Source of the DNA: a phage
DNA length: 64,000 nt
Sequence record: OZ336096.1
Reading direction: 5' to 3' (one strand)
This document shows positions 28,930 to 38,071 of the stretch, piece after piece. Both the position numbers and the translations under genes were made by a program. The number at the start of each line of letters is the position of its first letter. The stretch's first letter is position 1. Below the pieces are notes generated by a model that had not been told where the DNA came from, searched no databases, and saw nothing but the letters and a program-made list of their open reading frames with translations.

Positions 28930-29325
28930 ATGTTTGAGCTTCTGAAGGTTCTGTATATAAATTTTGGCTATGATAAAACATTTTCTGGCTCACAACTAAC
29001 TAAGGTTTTTAATAAGTATCTACCACATGCTTCAATCAGGGATAAAGCTAATTGGTCTCACAGATTACGTAAAAGTGGGTATATTAGCGTTGTTGGAGCG
29101 ACAGGCTTTAATAATGAGTATCTTATGAGAATCAATGAAGGCAAAGCTAAAAATGTGCTTTTAAATTGTAATGACCATCAACAAAAGGATGAAGAGGTTA
29201 GTGTAGGTGAAGTAGGGTACTTTATAGGTGACATGCACTTTACCAGTATGGAGGCAGCAGTTGAGCATTGTAAGAGAACGGTTATCCAAACAAAAAGAAA
29301 GCGTATTGTTTGGGAAGAAGTTTAA
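28930..29325 (+). CDS. paralog family protein, member 2 (type B)
   Basis: Start set at ATG 28930 (MFELLKVLY); C-terminal AVEHCKRTVIQTKRKRIVWE. Confidence 0.5.
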   Translation: MFELLKVLYINFGYDKTFSGSQLTKVFNKYLPHASIRDKANWSHRLRKSGYISVVGATGFNNEYLMRINEGKAKNVLLNCNDHQQKDEEVSVGEVGYFIGDMHFTSMEAAVEHCKRTVIQTKRKRIVWEEV

Positions 29326-29346
29326 ACATTTGATTAGGAATACACT

Positions 29347-29811
29347 ATGATTTTTTGCAATTTACAGAAGCACGTAATAGAGATTTTATACAAAACCTTC
29401 GGGACAGAAAACACTTTTGACTCTAACGAAGCAATTGACGCATTAAGAGAGAATAGCCTTTTTATACGAGGCCAGTCAATCAGTAATACCCGTGGGTATC
29501 TAACAATGTTAAGACAGTCTGGTGTACTGCTGACTGTAGGGCAGGTAAAAAGCAAAGGTAGACTAAGTATTAATCAATTAAATCGAGCCTTTATGGAGAA
29601 GCACATACAACTGTCAAGGATGCTAGATAATACGCGTGAAGAGTTGGGGAGTTCACAAAAAGCAAGTTCATCTGATGTTAAAGAGGTGGATGTACAACCT
29701 GACGTAAGATACTTTATTGCTGATGTTATGTTTAAAACACTCGATGAAGCTATTGAGCACTGCAAAAAGCATCTTATTAAAGTTAAATATGCAAAAGTTA
29801 TTTGGGAGTGA
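29347..29811 (+). CDS. paralog family protein, member 3 (type A)
   Basis: 154 aa; near-collinear with member 1 (MIFCNLQKHVIEILYKTFG... vs MIFCSFQKRIIEILYNKFG...). Confidence 0.55.
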   Translation: MIFCNLQKHVIEILYKTFGTENTFDSNEAIDALRENSLFIRGQSISNTRGYLTMLRQSGVLLTVGQVKSKGRLSINQLNRAFMEKHIQLSRMLDNTREELGSSQKASSSDVKEVDVQPDVRYFIADVMFKTLDEAIEHCKKHLIKVKYAKVIWE

Positions 29812-29815
29812 TGCT

Positions 29816-30196
29816 ATGATTGAACTGTTAAAAGTCCTGTATAATGAGTTTGGTTATGATAAAACTTTTACTTGTTCACAGATACGTAGTATCCATGATA
29901 AGGAATTTCCAAATGTATCCAAGACAAACAAGTCAACTCGGTTCAATCGTCTTCGCCAGAGGGGTTACATTAAAATAGTTGGATACAAGAATAACTCTTT
30001 CGAGTATGTAATGCAGATTAACAGAGAAGTATCAAGTAAAATACTTGAAGAGCCAACAGCCGAAGAACAAAAGATACAAGACGGTGAAGTTCGCTTCTTT
30101 GTGGAGAAGGAAAGTTTTGGGTCAATAGATGAAGCTGTCGAATATTGTAAAAAGAACATTATTCAGATAAAGCGTAGAAAGGTTATTTGGGAATAA
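29816..30196 (+). CDS. paralog family protein, member 4 (type B)
   Basis: Start set at ATG 29816 (MIELLKVLY); collinear with member 2. Confidence 0.5.
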   Translation: MIELLKVLYNEFGYDKTFTCSQIRSIHDKEFPNVSKTNKSTRFNRLRQRGYIKIVGYKNNSFEYVMQINREVSSKILEEPTAEEQKIQDGEVRFFVEKESFGSIDEAVEYCKKNIIQIKRRKVIWE

Positions 30197-30211
30197 AGAG
30201 AGAGAGAAGCT

Positions 30212-31093
30212 ATGAAAACATCTATCCGTGTTACAGTTCATTCACCGACTAAAGGGACTCACGAAGAAGAGTTTAACATTATCCAATTCCCTTCTGGTGA
30301 GATTGGTGGACACTTTTCACAAGAGCTTGTTGATTTCACTGCTTATGCAGCATCATCCATCAACAATGTGATTATGATTGTAAAGGGTTACGATAAGGAT
30401 ACCTTGTTTGCCCTAGCACTTGCTAAAGAGGTGGTGGATGACTTAGTACCTCATAAGTTTGCTATGAAGACTGTTATCTTTTACTATTTGCCAAATGCAC
30501 GTTACGACCGTCACATGTTTAAAGGTGATGCAGCAGCTTTGAAAGTGTTTGCACAACAGGTTAATGCAATGGGTTTTGATGCAGTCTGTGCAGTTGACCC
30601 TCACAGCTATGTACCAGATAACCTGTTTAACTGCTTCCAGAGTATTCCTCAAAAGGAAATTGCAGTTCACTATGCAAATGACCCTCTGATTGATTACTTA
30701 GTAGCCCCAGATGCAGGTGCTGCTAAGAAGATTGCAGAGACTGCTAAAGAGGTGGATAAACCATATATCACAATGTCTAAAGTACGCAACCTTAAGACTG
30801 GTGAAATTACTGGTATGCGAATCCTTGATGATGTTGATTTGACAGATAAAACCGTCATGATTCTGGATGATATCTGTGATGGTGGTCGAACCTTCATAGA
30901 AGCAGCGAAACATCTTCGTGAAGCAGGTGCAAAACGTGTGGAACTATATGTAACACATGGTATCTTCTCTAAAGATGTTGAAAACCTTCTTGACAACGGT
31001 ATCGACCATATTTACACTACAAACTCTTTAGGCGAAGCTAAAGACCGTGGCTTAACACATTATAGCCAAGTTACTGTAGCAAACCTTGATTGA
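30212..31093 (+). CDS. ribose-phosphate pyrophosphokinase-like protein (Prs-like; candidate ADP-ribose pyrophosphokinase)
   Basis: 293 aa; phosphoribosyltransferase-type PRPP-binding loop VMILDDICDGGRTF; Prs-like layout. Confidence 0.7.
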   Translation: MKTSIRVTVHSPTKGTHEEEFNIIQFPSGEIGGHFSQELVDFTAYAASSINNVIMIVKGYDKDTLFALALAKEVVDDLVPHKFAMKTVIFYYLPNARYDRHMFKGDAAALKVFAQQVNAMGFDAVCAVDPHSYVPDNLFNCFQSIPQKEIAVHYANDPLIDYLVAPDAGAAKKIAETAKEVDKPYITMSKVRNLKTGEITGMRILDDVDLTDKTVMILDDICDGGRTFIEAAKHLREAGAKRVELYVTHGIFSKDVENLLDNGIDHIYTTNSLGEAKDRGLTHYSQVTVANLD

Positions 31094-31099
31094 AAGTTT

Positions 31100-31125
31100 A
31101 TAGGGGCTTAAAAGCCCCATTTTGA
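31100..31125 (+). terminator. putative terminator/attenuator
   Basis: GGGGCTTAAAAGCCCC hairpin followed by ATTTT. Confidence 0.4.
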
Positions 31126-31138
31126 GAGAGATTAAAAG

Positions 31139-32419
31139 ATGACTAAATCACTTTATGCAGTACCAGCAGGTTTAAACGCAGATGCTTACAAGTCATCGCA
31201 TATATATCAGTATCCAGATGCTACACAGTATCTTATGCTGAACCTGACGCCACGTAGTGACAAATGGTTTAACAGCCCCTTAGCAATTGATGGTGTAGTA
31301 GCTTTTGGTATTCAACGTTTCGTTAAAGATTACTTGATAGACCACTGGAACGCCACTTTCTTTGAACGTGATAAAAAAGAAGCAATTGACGAAATCTTAG
31401 AAGTCATGAACGGTGTTCTGGGCAAAGATGCTATTGGTCGAGAGCATTGGGAAGCACTTCACGACTTAGGTTATCTGCCAGTCGAAGTATACGCTGTAGA
31501 AGAAGGCACAGTTGTTCCAATGCGTGTCCCAATGATTGTCTTCCAGAACACTGTTTCAGGCTTCCATTGGGTAGCAGGTTATCTGGAAGACGCTTTCTCT
31601 GCTGAGATTTGGAAGGCTTGTACCATTGCAACTATTGCATTGCACTACAAACGTATCTGTAAGAAGTGGGCTGACCTTACTTGTGACAACGACTTGCATT
31701 TACCTTATCAGTGCCATGACTTTGCTATGCGTGGTATGTCCGGCTTTACTGATGACGCATTTAACGCTGTAGGCCACTTAACCAGCTTTAAAGGAACTGA
31801 TAGCTTCCCTGCTGTATATACAGCTAAACGCATCTACGGGCAGTCTTACCCAATCTCTGATATTGGTGGTTCTGTACCAGCCACTGAACACTCTGTAATG
31901 TGTGCAAACATTGCTTGGGAAGGTGGTAATGAATTGATTGAAGAAGAAAGACGCTTCAAAGGTGAGTTGCAAACCTTCCGTCGCTTCTTAACAGAGACTT
32001 ACCCAACTGGTATTGCAAGTGTTGTTTCAGACACTTATAACTTCTGGAGAACTGTGTCAGAAATCTTACCAGCACTCCGTAAAGAGATTATGGAACGTGA
32101 TGGCAAACTGGTAATTCGTCCTGACTCTGGAGACCCTGTACATATTGTCACAGGTTATAAAGCAATCCACTTAGAGTGTGCTAAAAAGGCTTATTACGAG
32201 CACCTAAGCAAGCTAGAGGCAGGTGATACAATGCTGAGCACCGTCCTGAACATGAAGCTTGAAGATATTAACTATGTTATGGCTGGGTGGTTACGTGCAG
32301 AAGGCTATGAAATGGTGGTTGACAGAGAAGACTTTGAAGTAGCCGATACAGTGTTGCTGAAAGCTTCATGTTCAGGACGGTGCTCAGCATTGTATCACCT
32401 GTCGAAGTATACGCTGTAG
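31139..32419 (+). CDS. nicotinamide phosphoribosyltransferase-like protein, 5' part (disrupted by internal duplication)
   Basis: 426 aa ORF; NAMPT-like; terminates inside the duplication junction after ..TVLLKASCSGRCSALYHLSKYTL. Confidence 0.65.
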   Translation: MTKSLYAVPAGLNADAYKSSHIYQYPDATQYLMLNLTPRSDKWFNSPLAIDGVVAFGIQRFVKDYLIDHWNATFFERDKKEAIDEILEVMNGVLGKDAIGREHWEALHDLGYLPVEVYAVEEGTVVPMRVPMIVFQNTVSGFHWVAGYLEDAFSAEIWKACTIATIALHYKRICKKWADLTCDNDLHLPYQCHDFAMRGMSGFTDDAFNAVGHLTSFKGTDSFPAVYTAKRIYGQSYPISDIGGSVPATEHSVMCANIAWEGGNELIEEERRFKGELQTFRRFLTETYPTGIASVVSDTYNFWRTVSEILPALRKEIMERDGKLVIRPDSGDPVHIVTGYKAIHLECAKKAYYEHLSKLEAGDTMLSTVLNMKLEDINYVMAGWLRAEGYEMVVDREDFEVADTVLLKASCSGRCSALYHLSKYTL

Positions 32420-33283
32420 AAGAAGGCACAGTTGTTCCAATGCGTGTCCCAATGATTGTCTTCCAGAACACTGTTTCAGGCTTCCATTGGGTAGCAGGTT
32501 ATCTGGAAGACGCTTTCTCTGCTGAGATTTGGAAGGCTTGTACCATTGCAACTATTGCATTGCACTACAAACGTATCTGTAAGAAGTGGGCTGACCTTAC
32601 TTGTGACAACGACTTGCATTTACCTTATCAGTGCCATGACTTTGCTATGCGTGGTATGTCCGGCTTTACTGATGACGCATTTAACGCTGTAGGCCACTTA
32701 ACCAGCTTTAAAGGAACTGATAGCTTCCCTGCTGTATATACAGCTAAACGCATCTACGGGCAGTCTTACCCAATCTCTGATATTGGTGGTTCTGTACCAG
32801 CCACTGAACACTCTGTAATGTGTGCAAACATTGCTTGGGAAGGTGGTAATGAATTGATTGAAGAAGAAAGACGCTTCAAAGGTGAGTTGCAAACCTTCCG
32901 TCGCTTCTTAACAGAGACTTACCCAACTGGTATTGCAAGTGTTGTTTCAGACACTTATAACTTCTGGAGAACTGTGTCAGAAATCTTACCAGCACTCCGT
33001 AAAGAGATTATGGAACGTGATGGCAAACTGGTAATTCGTCCTGACTCTGGAGACCCTGTACATATTGTCACAGGTTATAAAGCAATCCACTTAGAGTGTG
33101 CTAAAAAGGCTTATTACGAGCACCTAAGCAAGCTAGAGGCAGGTGATACAATGCTGAGCACCGTCCTGAACATGAAGCTTGAAGATATTAACTATGTTAT
33201 GGCTGGGTGGTTACGTGCAGAAGGCTATGAAATGGTGGTTGACAGAGAAGACTTTGAAGTAGCCGATACAGTGTTGCTGAAAG
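31481..33283. repeat. perfect tandem direct duplication (2 x 883 bp) inside the NAMPT-like gene, joined by a 37 nt inverted segment
   Basis: 31481-32363 equals 32401-33283; junction 32364-32400 is the exact reverse complement of 32221-32257. Confidence 0.9.
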
Positions 33284-33840
33284 ATGCTTACATCAACGGC
33301 TCTGCAAACGTTGTAACACGTCCTGTAGCGGAGATTGATGGAGCTATCAAGACACTGTATAACATCTTTGGGGGAACTATTAACTCTAAAGGGTTTAAGG
33401 TACTGGATGAGCACATCGGCCTTATCTATGGTGACTCTATCACACTGGAACGTGCAAACGAAATCCTGAAGCGTCTGTATGAAATGGGTTTTGCAAGCTC
33501 TAACGTGGTGTTTGGTGTAGGTTCTTACACTTACCAGTACATGACTCGTGACACCTTTGCATTTGCTGTCAAAGCAACTCTTGCAAGCATTGGTGGTAAA
33601 GAGATTATGCTTGCAAAAGACCCTAAAACAGATAGTGGTGTTAAAAAATCTGCCTTTGGTGGTGTAGCACCTATGTGGGATGGTGATAAGCTGAAAGCTG
33701 TAGATGGCTATGGATTCCAGAGTTTTGCGGATGTACTTGACCACCCAGCTTGTGCTTTACGTTTAGTCTTTAGTGACTCTGAGCAGTTCGGTTACACAAC
33801 TCTTGGTGATATTCGAAATAATATTGACAAGCAGCTTTAA
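32368..33840 (+). CDS. nicotinamide phosphoribosyltransferase-like protein, 3' part
   Basis: 490 aa ORF starting in the junction; contains second repeat copy plus unique C-terminus. Confidence 0.65.
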   Translation: MFRTVLSIVSPVEVYAVEEGTVVPMRVPMIVFQNTVSGFHWVAGYLEDAFSAEIWKACTIATIALHYKRICKKWADLTCDNDLHLPYQCHDFAMRGMSGFTDDAFNAVGHLTSFKGTDSFPAVYTAKRIYGQSYPISDIGGSVPATEHSVMCANIAWEGGNELIEEERRFKGELQTFRRFLTETYPTGIASVVSDTYNFWRTVSEILPALRKEIMERDGKLVIRPDSGDPVHIVTGYKAIHLECAKKAYYEHLSKLEAGDTMLSTVLNMKLEDINYVMAGWLRAEGYEMVVDREDFEVADTVLLKDAYINGSANVVTRPVAEIDGAIKTLYNIFGGTINSKGFKVLDEHIGLIYGDSITLERANEILKRLYEMGFASSNVVFGVGSYTYQYMTRDTFAFAVKATLASIGGKEIMLAKDPKTDSGVKKSAFGGVAPMWDGDKLKAVDGYGFQSFADVLDHPACALRLVFSDSEQFGYTTLGDIRNNIDKQL

Positions 33841-33854
33841 AAGTATATGATAAG

Positions 33855-33878
33855 AGGCTCCTACGGGAGCCTTTTTAA
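33855..33878 (+). terminator. intrinsic terminator
   Basis: GGCTCCTACGGGAGCC hairpin followed by TTTTT. Confidence 0.55.
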
Positions 33879-33893
33879 TTTCTGGAGAAAACT

Positions 33894-34229
33894 ATGAAAA
33901 TCAAAGAGATGAACATCAACATTGTCTTAGAAGAACGTTGGGAGAACATTAAGAAACCTGAAGATGGTAAAAAGTTCCTTAACAAAATTTTAGTAGCAGC
34001 TAAAGAAGAACTGACTGGCAAGATTGCAGCAGCAATCACAATAAAAGTCTGTGTAAAAGGTCTTCCAGACAACCACCAATTTGCGCTTGACGAGTTTAAA
34101 GAAAGCTTCTACAATCCAAACAAACAGATGCTTGAAAGTAACTTTGCAGTATCTACAAGTATCGTCCATGACAGAAGCTTTATCCTTTACAAAAATATGA
34201 GAGGTGAGTCATGCAAGCATATTGGATAG
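33894..34229 (+). CDS. hypothetical protein
   Basis: 111 aa ORF. Confidence 0.45.
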   Translation: MKIKEMNINIVLEERWENIKKPEDGKKFLNKILVAAKEELTGKIAAAITIKVCVKGLPDNHQFALDEFKESFYNPNKQMLESNFAVSTSIVHDRSFILYKNMRGESCKHIG

Positions 34230-34387
34230 AAATTTTACTGTCACTTGGTAGCGTAGCAGTACTTGTTTACCTTCTTTGTAAGTACTTTGCAGAACACAAG
34301 AAGTGTGATTACTGCAACGGGGAAGGGTATACAAGAGCAGGTTGTTGCCCTATGTGTGGCGGTTCTGGTAAAATGTTTAATAAGTAA
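34211..34387 (+). CDS. small membrane-anchored zinc-finger protein (hypothetical)
   Basis: 58 aa, below ORF-track cutoff; N-terminal hydrophobic helix then CDYCNGEGYTRAGCCPMCGGSGK (DnaJ-like CxxCxGxG pair). Confidence 0.35.
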   Translation: MQAYWIEILLSLGSVAVLVYLLCKYFAEHKKCDYCNGEGYTRAGCCPMCGGSGKMFNK

Positions 34388-34415
34388 TTTAACAGTAAAC
34401 TAAGAGGAAAGTATT

Positions 34416-36782
34416 ATGCGCATGGTAAACGACCACGCAGAAGTGATTAAGAGTTCAACTTCTTTAGAGACGTCTCAAGCACAGATTACAATGACACCTG
34501 AAATGTTCAGCCTTTTGAGTTCTGGTGTATATACCTTTAAAGAAAGGGCAGTGATTCGTGAACTGTCATGTAACGCAGTAGATGCTCAGAAAGAAGCTGG
34601 AAAAGAGAATATTCCGTTCCATGTGCATTTACCTACTCGTTTTGAACCTTACTTTGAAGTCCGTGATTTTGGAACTGGATTGACTCATGATAAAGTTATG
34701 AGTTTGTACCTAAACTACGGGGCTTCTACGAAGAATGACTCTAATGACTACATTGGTGCAATGGGTATCGGCTCAAAATCTCCATTTGCAATTGCTCAGT
34801 CATTCACAGTGTCTAGCTATGTTGACGGTGTTGTTAATAAGTATTCTGTTTATCTTGAGAATGGTATCCCTCAAGTAACTAAGCTGACCACTAACCCAAC
34901 AAAAGAACCTAACGGTTTAGCTGTACGTGTGGCAGTTGCTGACCACCGTATTTCAAAGTTCTTTGAAGAGGCTGGTAATGTATACTCATACTTTGCTGTA
35001 AAACCAGAGAGTAATGTGGAGTATAATGATATATTAGCAGATATGGATGTGATTGCTCGTGAAGAAGGTGTCTATGATGCCATGACTCATAAGCATAGCT
35101 GGCGTTCAAGCAGCAATAGAACAGAGTTTAACGTGGTTATGGGTAATATTGCCTACCCAGTTAATATGGAGGCATTACTTGGTGATGATTTCTTCAAAGT
35201 CTTGCCAGAATTTTTCCGTAGGAGCGTAGACCTTGTAAACATCTACATGCCTATTGGCTCAGTTGCTATTGCAGCTTCTCGTGAAGCATTGCAGATGAAT
35301 GATACGACAAAAAATGTTATCATTGAGGCTACTAAAAAGATAACTGAAGCGATTACAAAGGATGTTATCAAGAAAGTTAATAGTCAACCTACACTCATGG
35401 ATGCTGCACAGGCTTATGCTGAGTTACGCTTGAACTCACGAGAGATGTTTAATGCTGTGTGTCCAAAGCTAGAGTGGGGAGGTGTTAAGCTTGATTCTCT
35501 GGAAGAAGAATTACTAAACATTCGTCGTGGAATTATCTACGCAGAAGACGGCTCAGTCATTTACGAACGTGACGGTAAAGGCAATATTAAGGTTGATAGG
35601 AACGGGAACAATATACCTAAAGTAGACTACCTTTATGACCCAGTTGCTTATGTCAAGTTCAACTCTTTAGAGAGTAAGATTCGTGCAACATCGCTTTCCT
35701 ACACTCAAGAGGCAAGTATGTTCAATATCTTTGGCGCAATGCGTAAAAGCCAAATTGAACAGTTTTTGTTTGTTATAAACGACCGTCGCAATAAAAATGG
35801 TACTGAGAAGACTGTAGGACGCAATCAGATTCTGCGTGGTGCATGTCGAGACTATGCCAGTGAGTCTAGTCTGTTTCACAGATACAACGGTATCGTCTTT
35901 GTATTCTCGACTGAAAAAGAGTTAGACAACCTAATCAATCTGCACAAACTTGATAAAAGCTTGTTAAAGATTGTGAAGATGTCTGATAAGGAACATCATT
36001 ATCAGCGTAAAGAAGCTGTAAGAGGTGTTGTAAAACTTTGGAAAGCTGTTCCAGCAGAAGGTGTAGCTTCATACAAAGAGGTGTCAGAAGACTTAGATAC
36101 GATTGAAGAGCCTCAGCTTTATATTAAGGCAGTAGGCGACACAGTTGATGGCGAATGTTTTTGCTCATCTCCAGAAGATGTAGCTAAGTCAGTTGCCAAT
36201 GTCATTGGAAAGACAGTATATGTTTTCCGAAAAGCAAATTGGAAAAAGATACCAGAAGACTGGATTGAAGTAGATGAGAAGCTCTTGAACGACAGCTTAA
36301 CTGATGTTCATTGGATTAATCATAACAGATATATGACACGTATCTATATGAATGGTGTCCTCGACCTTACAAGCAGTTGGATTATTGCCAGAAACTTTAC
36401 GTTCAATAACAGAAAGATTTCTCGTGGCTATTGCTATTCACGAGACACAAACAAAACCATCTTCTTAGAAGGTAATGAAGATGCTGTTGAGGCAATGTTT
36501 GGTAAAATCCAATACGTTGCTGCACCGTTTGCATACACTTATACTATTAGTAGATTGCAAACTTTGAAAGAATGTCTTGACAACGATACAAAGCTGTACA
36601 AGAAAATCAAGAAAGCTGGTGACCGTATGGTCATTAAGGTGACAAACTACCTTTCAAAAAGAAAACAAGAAAACTTCTTGCTTTCTCATTTAGATTGGAA
36701 TAAAGTGTCACCCATCGAAGTGAGTAAGTTCTTGGGCTTTGATGTGAAGTGTGTTCCAGAAGGGACTACAATTTACGATTAA
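34416..36782 (+). CDS. rIIA: rIIA-like protein
   Basis: 788 aa; N-terminal GHKL-like motifs RAVIRELSCNAVDA, EVRDFGTGL, SNDYIGAMGIGSKSPF match T4 rIIA as remembered. Confidence 0.85.
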   Translation: MRMVNDHAEVIKSSTSLETSQAQITMTPEMFSLLSSGVYTFKERAVIRELSCNAVDAQKEAGKENIPFHVHLPTRFEPYFEVRDFGTGLTHDKVMSLYLNYGASTKNDSNDYIGAMGIGSKSPFAIAQSFTVSSYVDGVVNKYSVYLENGIPQVTKLTTNPTKEPNGLAVRVAVADHRISKFFEEAGNVYSYFAVKPESNVEYNDILADMDVIAREEGVYDAMTHKHSWRSSSNRTEFNVVMGNIAYPVNMEALLGDDFFKVLPEFFRRSVDLVNIYMPIGSVAIAASREALQMNDTTKNVIIEATKKITEAITKDVIKKVNSQPTLMDAAQAYAELRLNSREMFNAVCPKLEWGGVKLDSLEEELLNIRRGIIYAEDGSVIYERDGKGNIKVDRNGNNIPKVDYLYDPVAYVKFNSLESKIRATSLSYTQEASMFNIFGAMRKSQIEQFLFVINDRRNKNGTEKTVGRNQILRGACRDYASESSLFHRYNGIVFVFSTEKELDNLINLHKLDKSLLKIVKMSDKEHHYQRKEAVRGVVKLWKAVPAEGVASYKEVSEDLDTIEEPQLYIKAVGDTVDGECFCSSPEDVAKSVANVIGKTVYVFRKANWKKIPEDWIEVDEKLLNDSLTDVHWINHNRYMTRIYMNGVLDLTSSWIIARNFTFNNRKISRGYCYSRDTNKTIFLEGNEDAVEAMFGKIQYVAAPFAYTYTISRLQTLKECLDNDTKLYKKIKKAGDRMVIKVTNYLSKRKQENFLLSHLDWNKVSPIEVSKFLGFDVKCVPEGTTIYD

Positions 36783-36861
36783 AGTATTTGACAAGGGGCT
36801 TTGAAGCCCCTTAGAATAACCTCACAAAATGATTTATTAACTAACAAGAGAGAGTAACAAG

Positions 36862-37971
36862 ATGACTACTAAAACTAAAGCACAGATTGACGCAGAAATT
36901 TACAAACTGGTTAAAGAAGGCAAGCTGACTAAAACAGCTATTGCACAGAAGTTCAATACTTCAACCCGTTCAGTTGGTCGTGCTGTAGAGCGCCATGAAG
37001 CAACCTTAAAGGGTAAGAAAAAGATAGCTTCTAAACCAGCTACGAAGACTTTGAAGCAAGTTGCTAAATCAGTTAAAAAGAAAACTGGAAAACCAGTTGA
37101 AAAGGCCGTTAAAGACACTGTACAAAAGGCTCCGGTAAATAAACTGCATGAAGCTATGCAGAAAGATAACAAGATTGAGTACATGATTACTGGTGACTCT
37201 GTAATTATGACTTACGGTTCAGAATCTGAAATTGTTGAGTCTACTCATCCGAACTATCAAGAGATTGTAGTTCATGTTGTGAAAGGTGAGTTCAAGAAAG
37301 CTTTCGAACTGATGAACATTCGTAAATCTATCGAAAACTTCACTCAGGGTACTATCACAATCAAAGGTGACAAGTTATTCTACGGTGCTGTTGAGATGCG
37401 TTCTACTCTGGTTGACCGTATTCTTCACATGATGAAGACTGGTGATAAAGGTTTTGAACGACTTGTAATGTTCTTCGAAAAACTGATGGAAAACCCATCT
37501 AAAGACTCTGTAGAACAACTTTGGGGATTTGTATCTCACCTTGATGTTGAAATTGATGAAGAAGGCTACATCATTGGTTGGAAGAAAGTCTCTACTCGTG
37601 AAGGCAAGCTGGTTGACTCTCACACCTACAAAGTACCTAATGATTTGGGTAACATTGTAGAAATGCCACGTTGGATGGTTGATAACAACCGTAACGTGAC
37701 TTGCTCTCAGGGTCTTCATGTTGGTGCTTGGGACTATGTCCGTTGCTTCTCAGGTGATACAATCCTGAAGGTTCGTGTCAATCCACGAGATGTTGTATCT
37801 GTTCCGACTGATTACAACGATATGAAGATGCGTTCATCCCGTTATGAAGTTGCAGCAATCGTTGATAATCAACGTAAAGTGCTGAAAGCATGGGATGGTA
37901 AGACTGAGGCTTTGCATGTCATCGTTGGCACTGATGGCGAACTCATCTCTCAACGTAAGCGTGAAATCTAA
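36862..37971 (+). CDS. rIIB: rIIB-like protein
   Basis: 369 aa; LFYGAVEMRSTLVDRIL..CSQGLHVGAWDYV..VNPRDVVSVPTDYNDMKMRSSRYEV matches T4 rIIB as remembered. Confidence 0.85.
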   Translation: MTTKTKAQIDAEIYKLVKEGKLTKTAIAQKFNTSTRSVGRAVERHEATLKGKKKIASKPATKTLKQVAKSVKKKTGKPVEKAVKDTVQKAPVNKLHEAMQKDNKIEYMITGDSVIMTYGSESEIVESTHPNYQEIVVHVVKGEFKKAFELMNIRKSIENFTQGTITIKGDKLFYGAVEMRSTLVDRILHMMKTGDKGFERLVMFFEKLMENPSKDSVEQLWGFVSHLDVEIDEEGYIIGWKKVSTREGKLVDSHTYKVPNDLGNIVEMPRWMVDNNRNVTCSQGLHVGAWDYVRCFSGDTILKVRVNPRDVVSVPTDYNDMKMRSSRYEVAAIVDNQRKVLKAWDGKTEALHVIVGTDGELISQRKREI

Positions 37972-37980
37972 TAAGTAATT

Positions 37981-38010
37981 TCTTAAAAGGCTGCTTCGGC
38001 GGCCTTTTTT
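37981..38010 (+). terminator. intrinsic terminator
   Basis: GGCTGCTTCGGCGGCC hairpin followed by TTTTTT. Confidence 0.5.
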
Positions 38011-38071
38011 ATTTGTATTTTGTGCAGAGTGCTGTATAATTGTTGTCACGATAAACTAAACAGGAGAACCA

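Noticed and set aside
33211-33744. Minus-strand 177 aa ORF inside the NAMPT-like gene, and the duplicated 64 aa minus ORFs at 31778-31972 and 32698-32892
   Set aside because: Antisense to the NAMPT-like coding sequence; the duplicated small ORFs are simply a consequence of the 883 bp tandem repeat.
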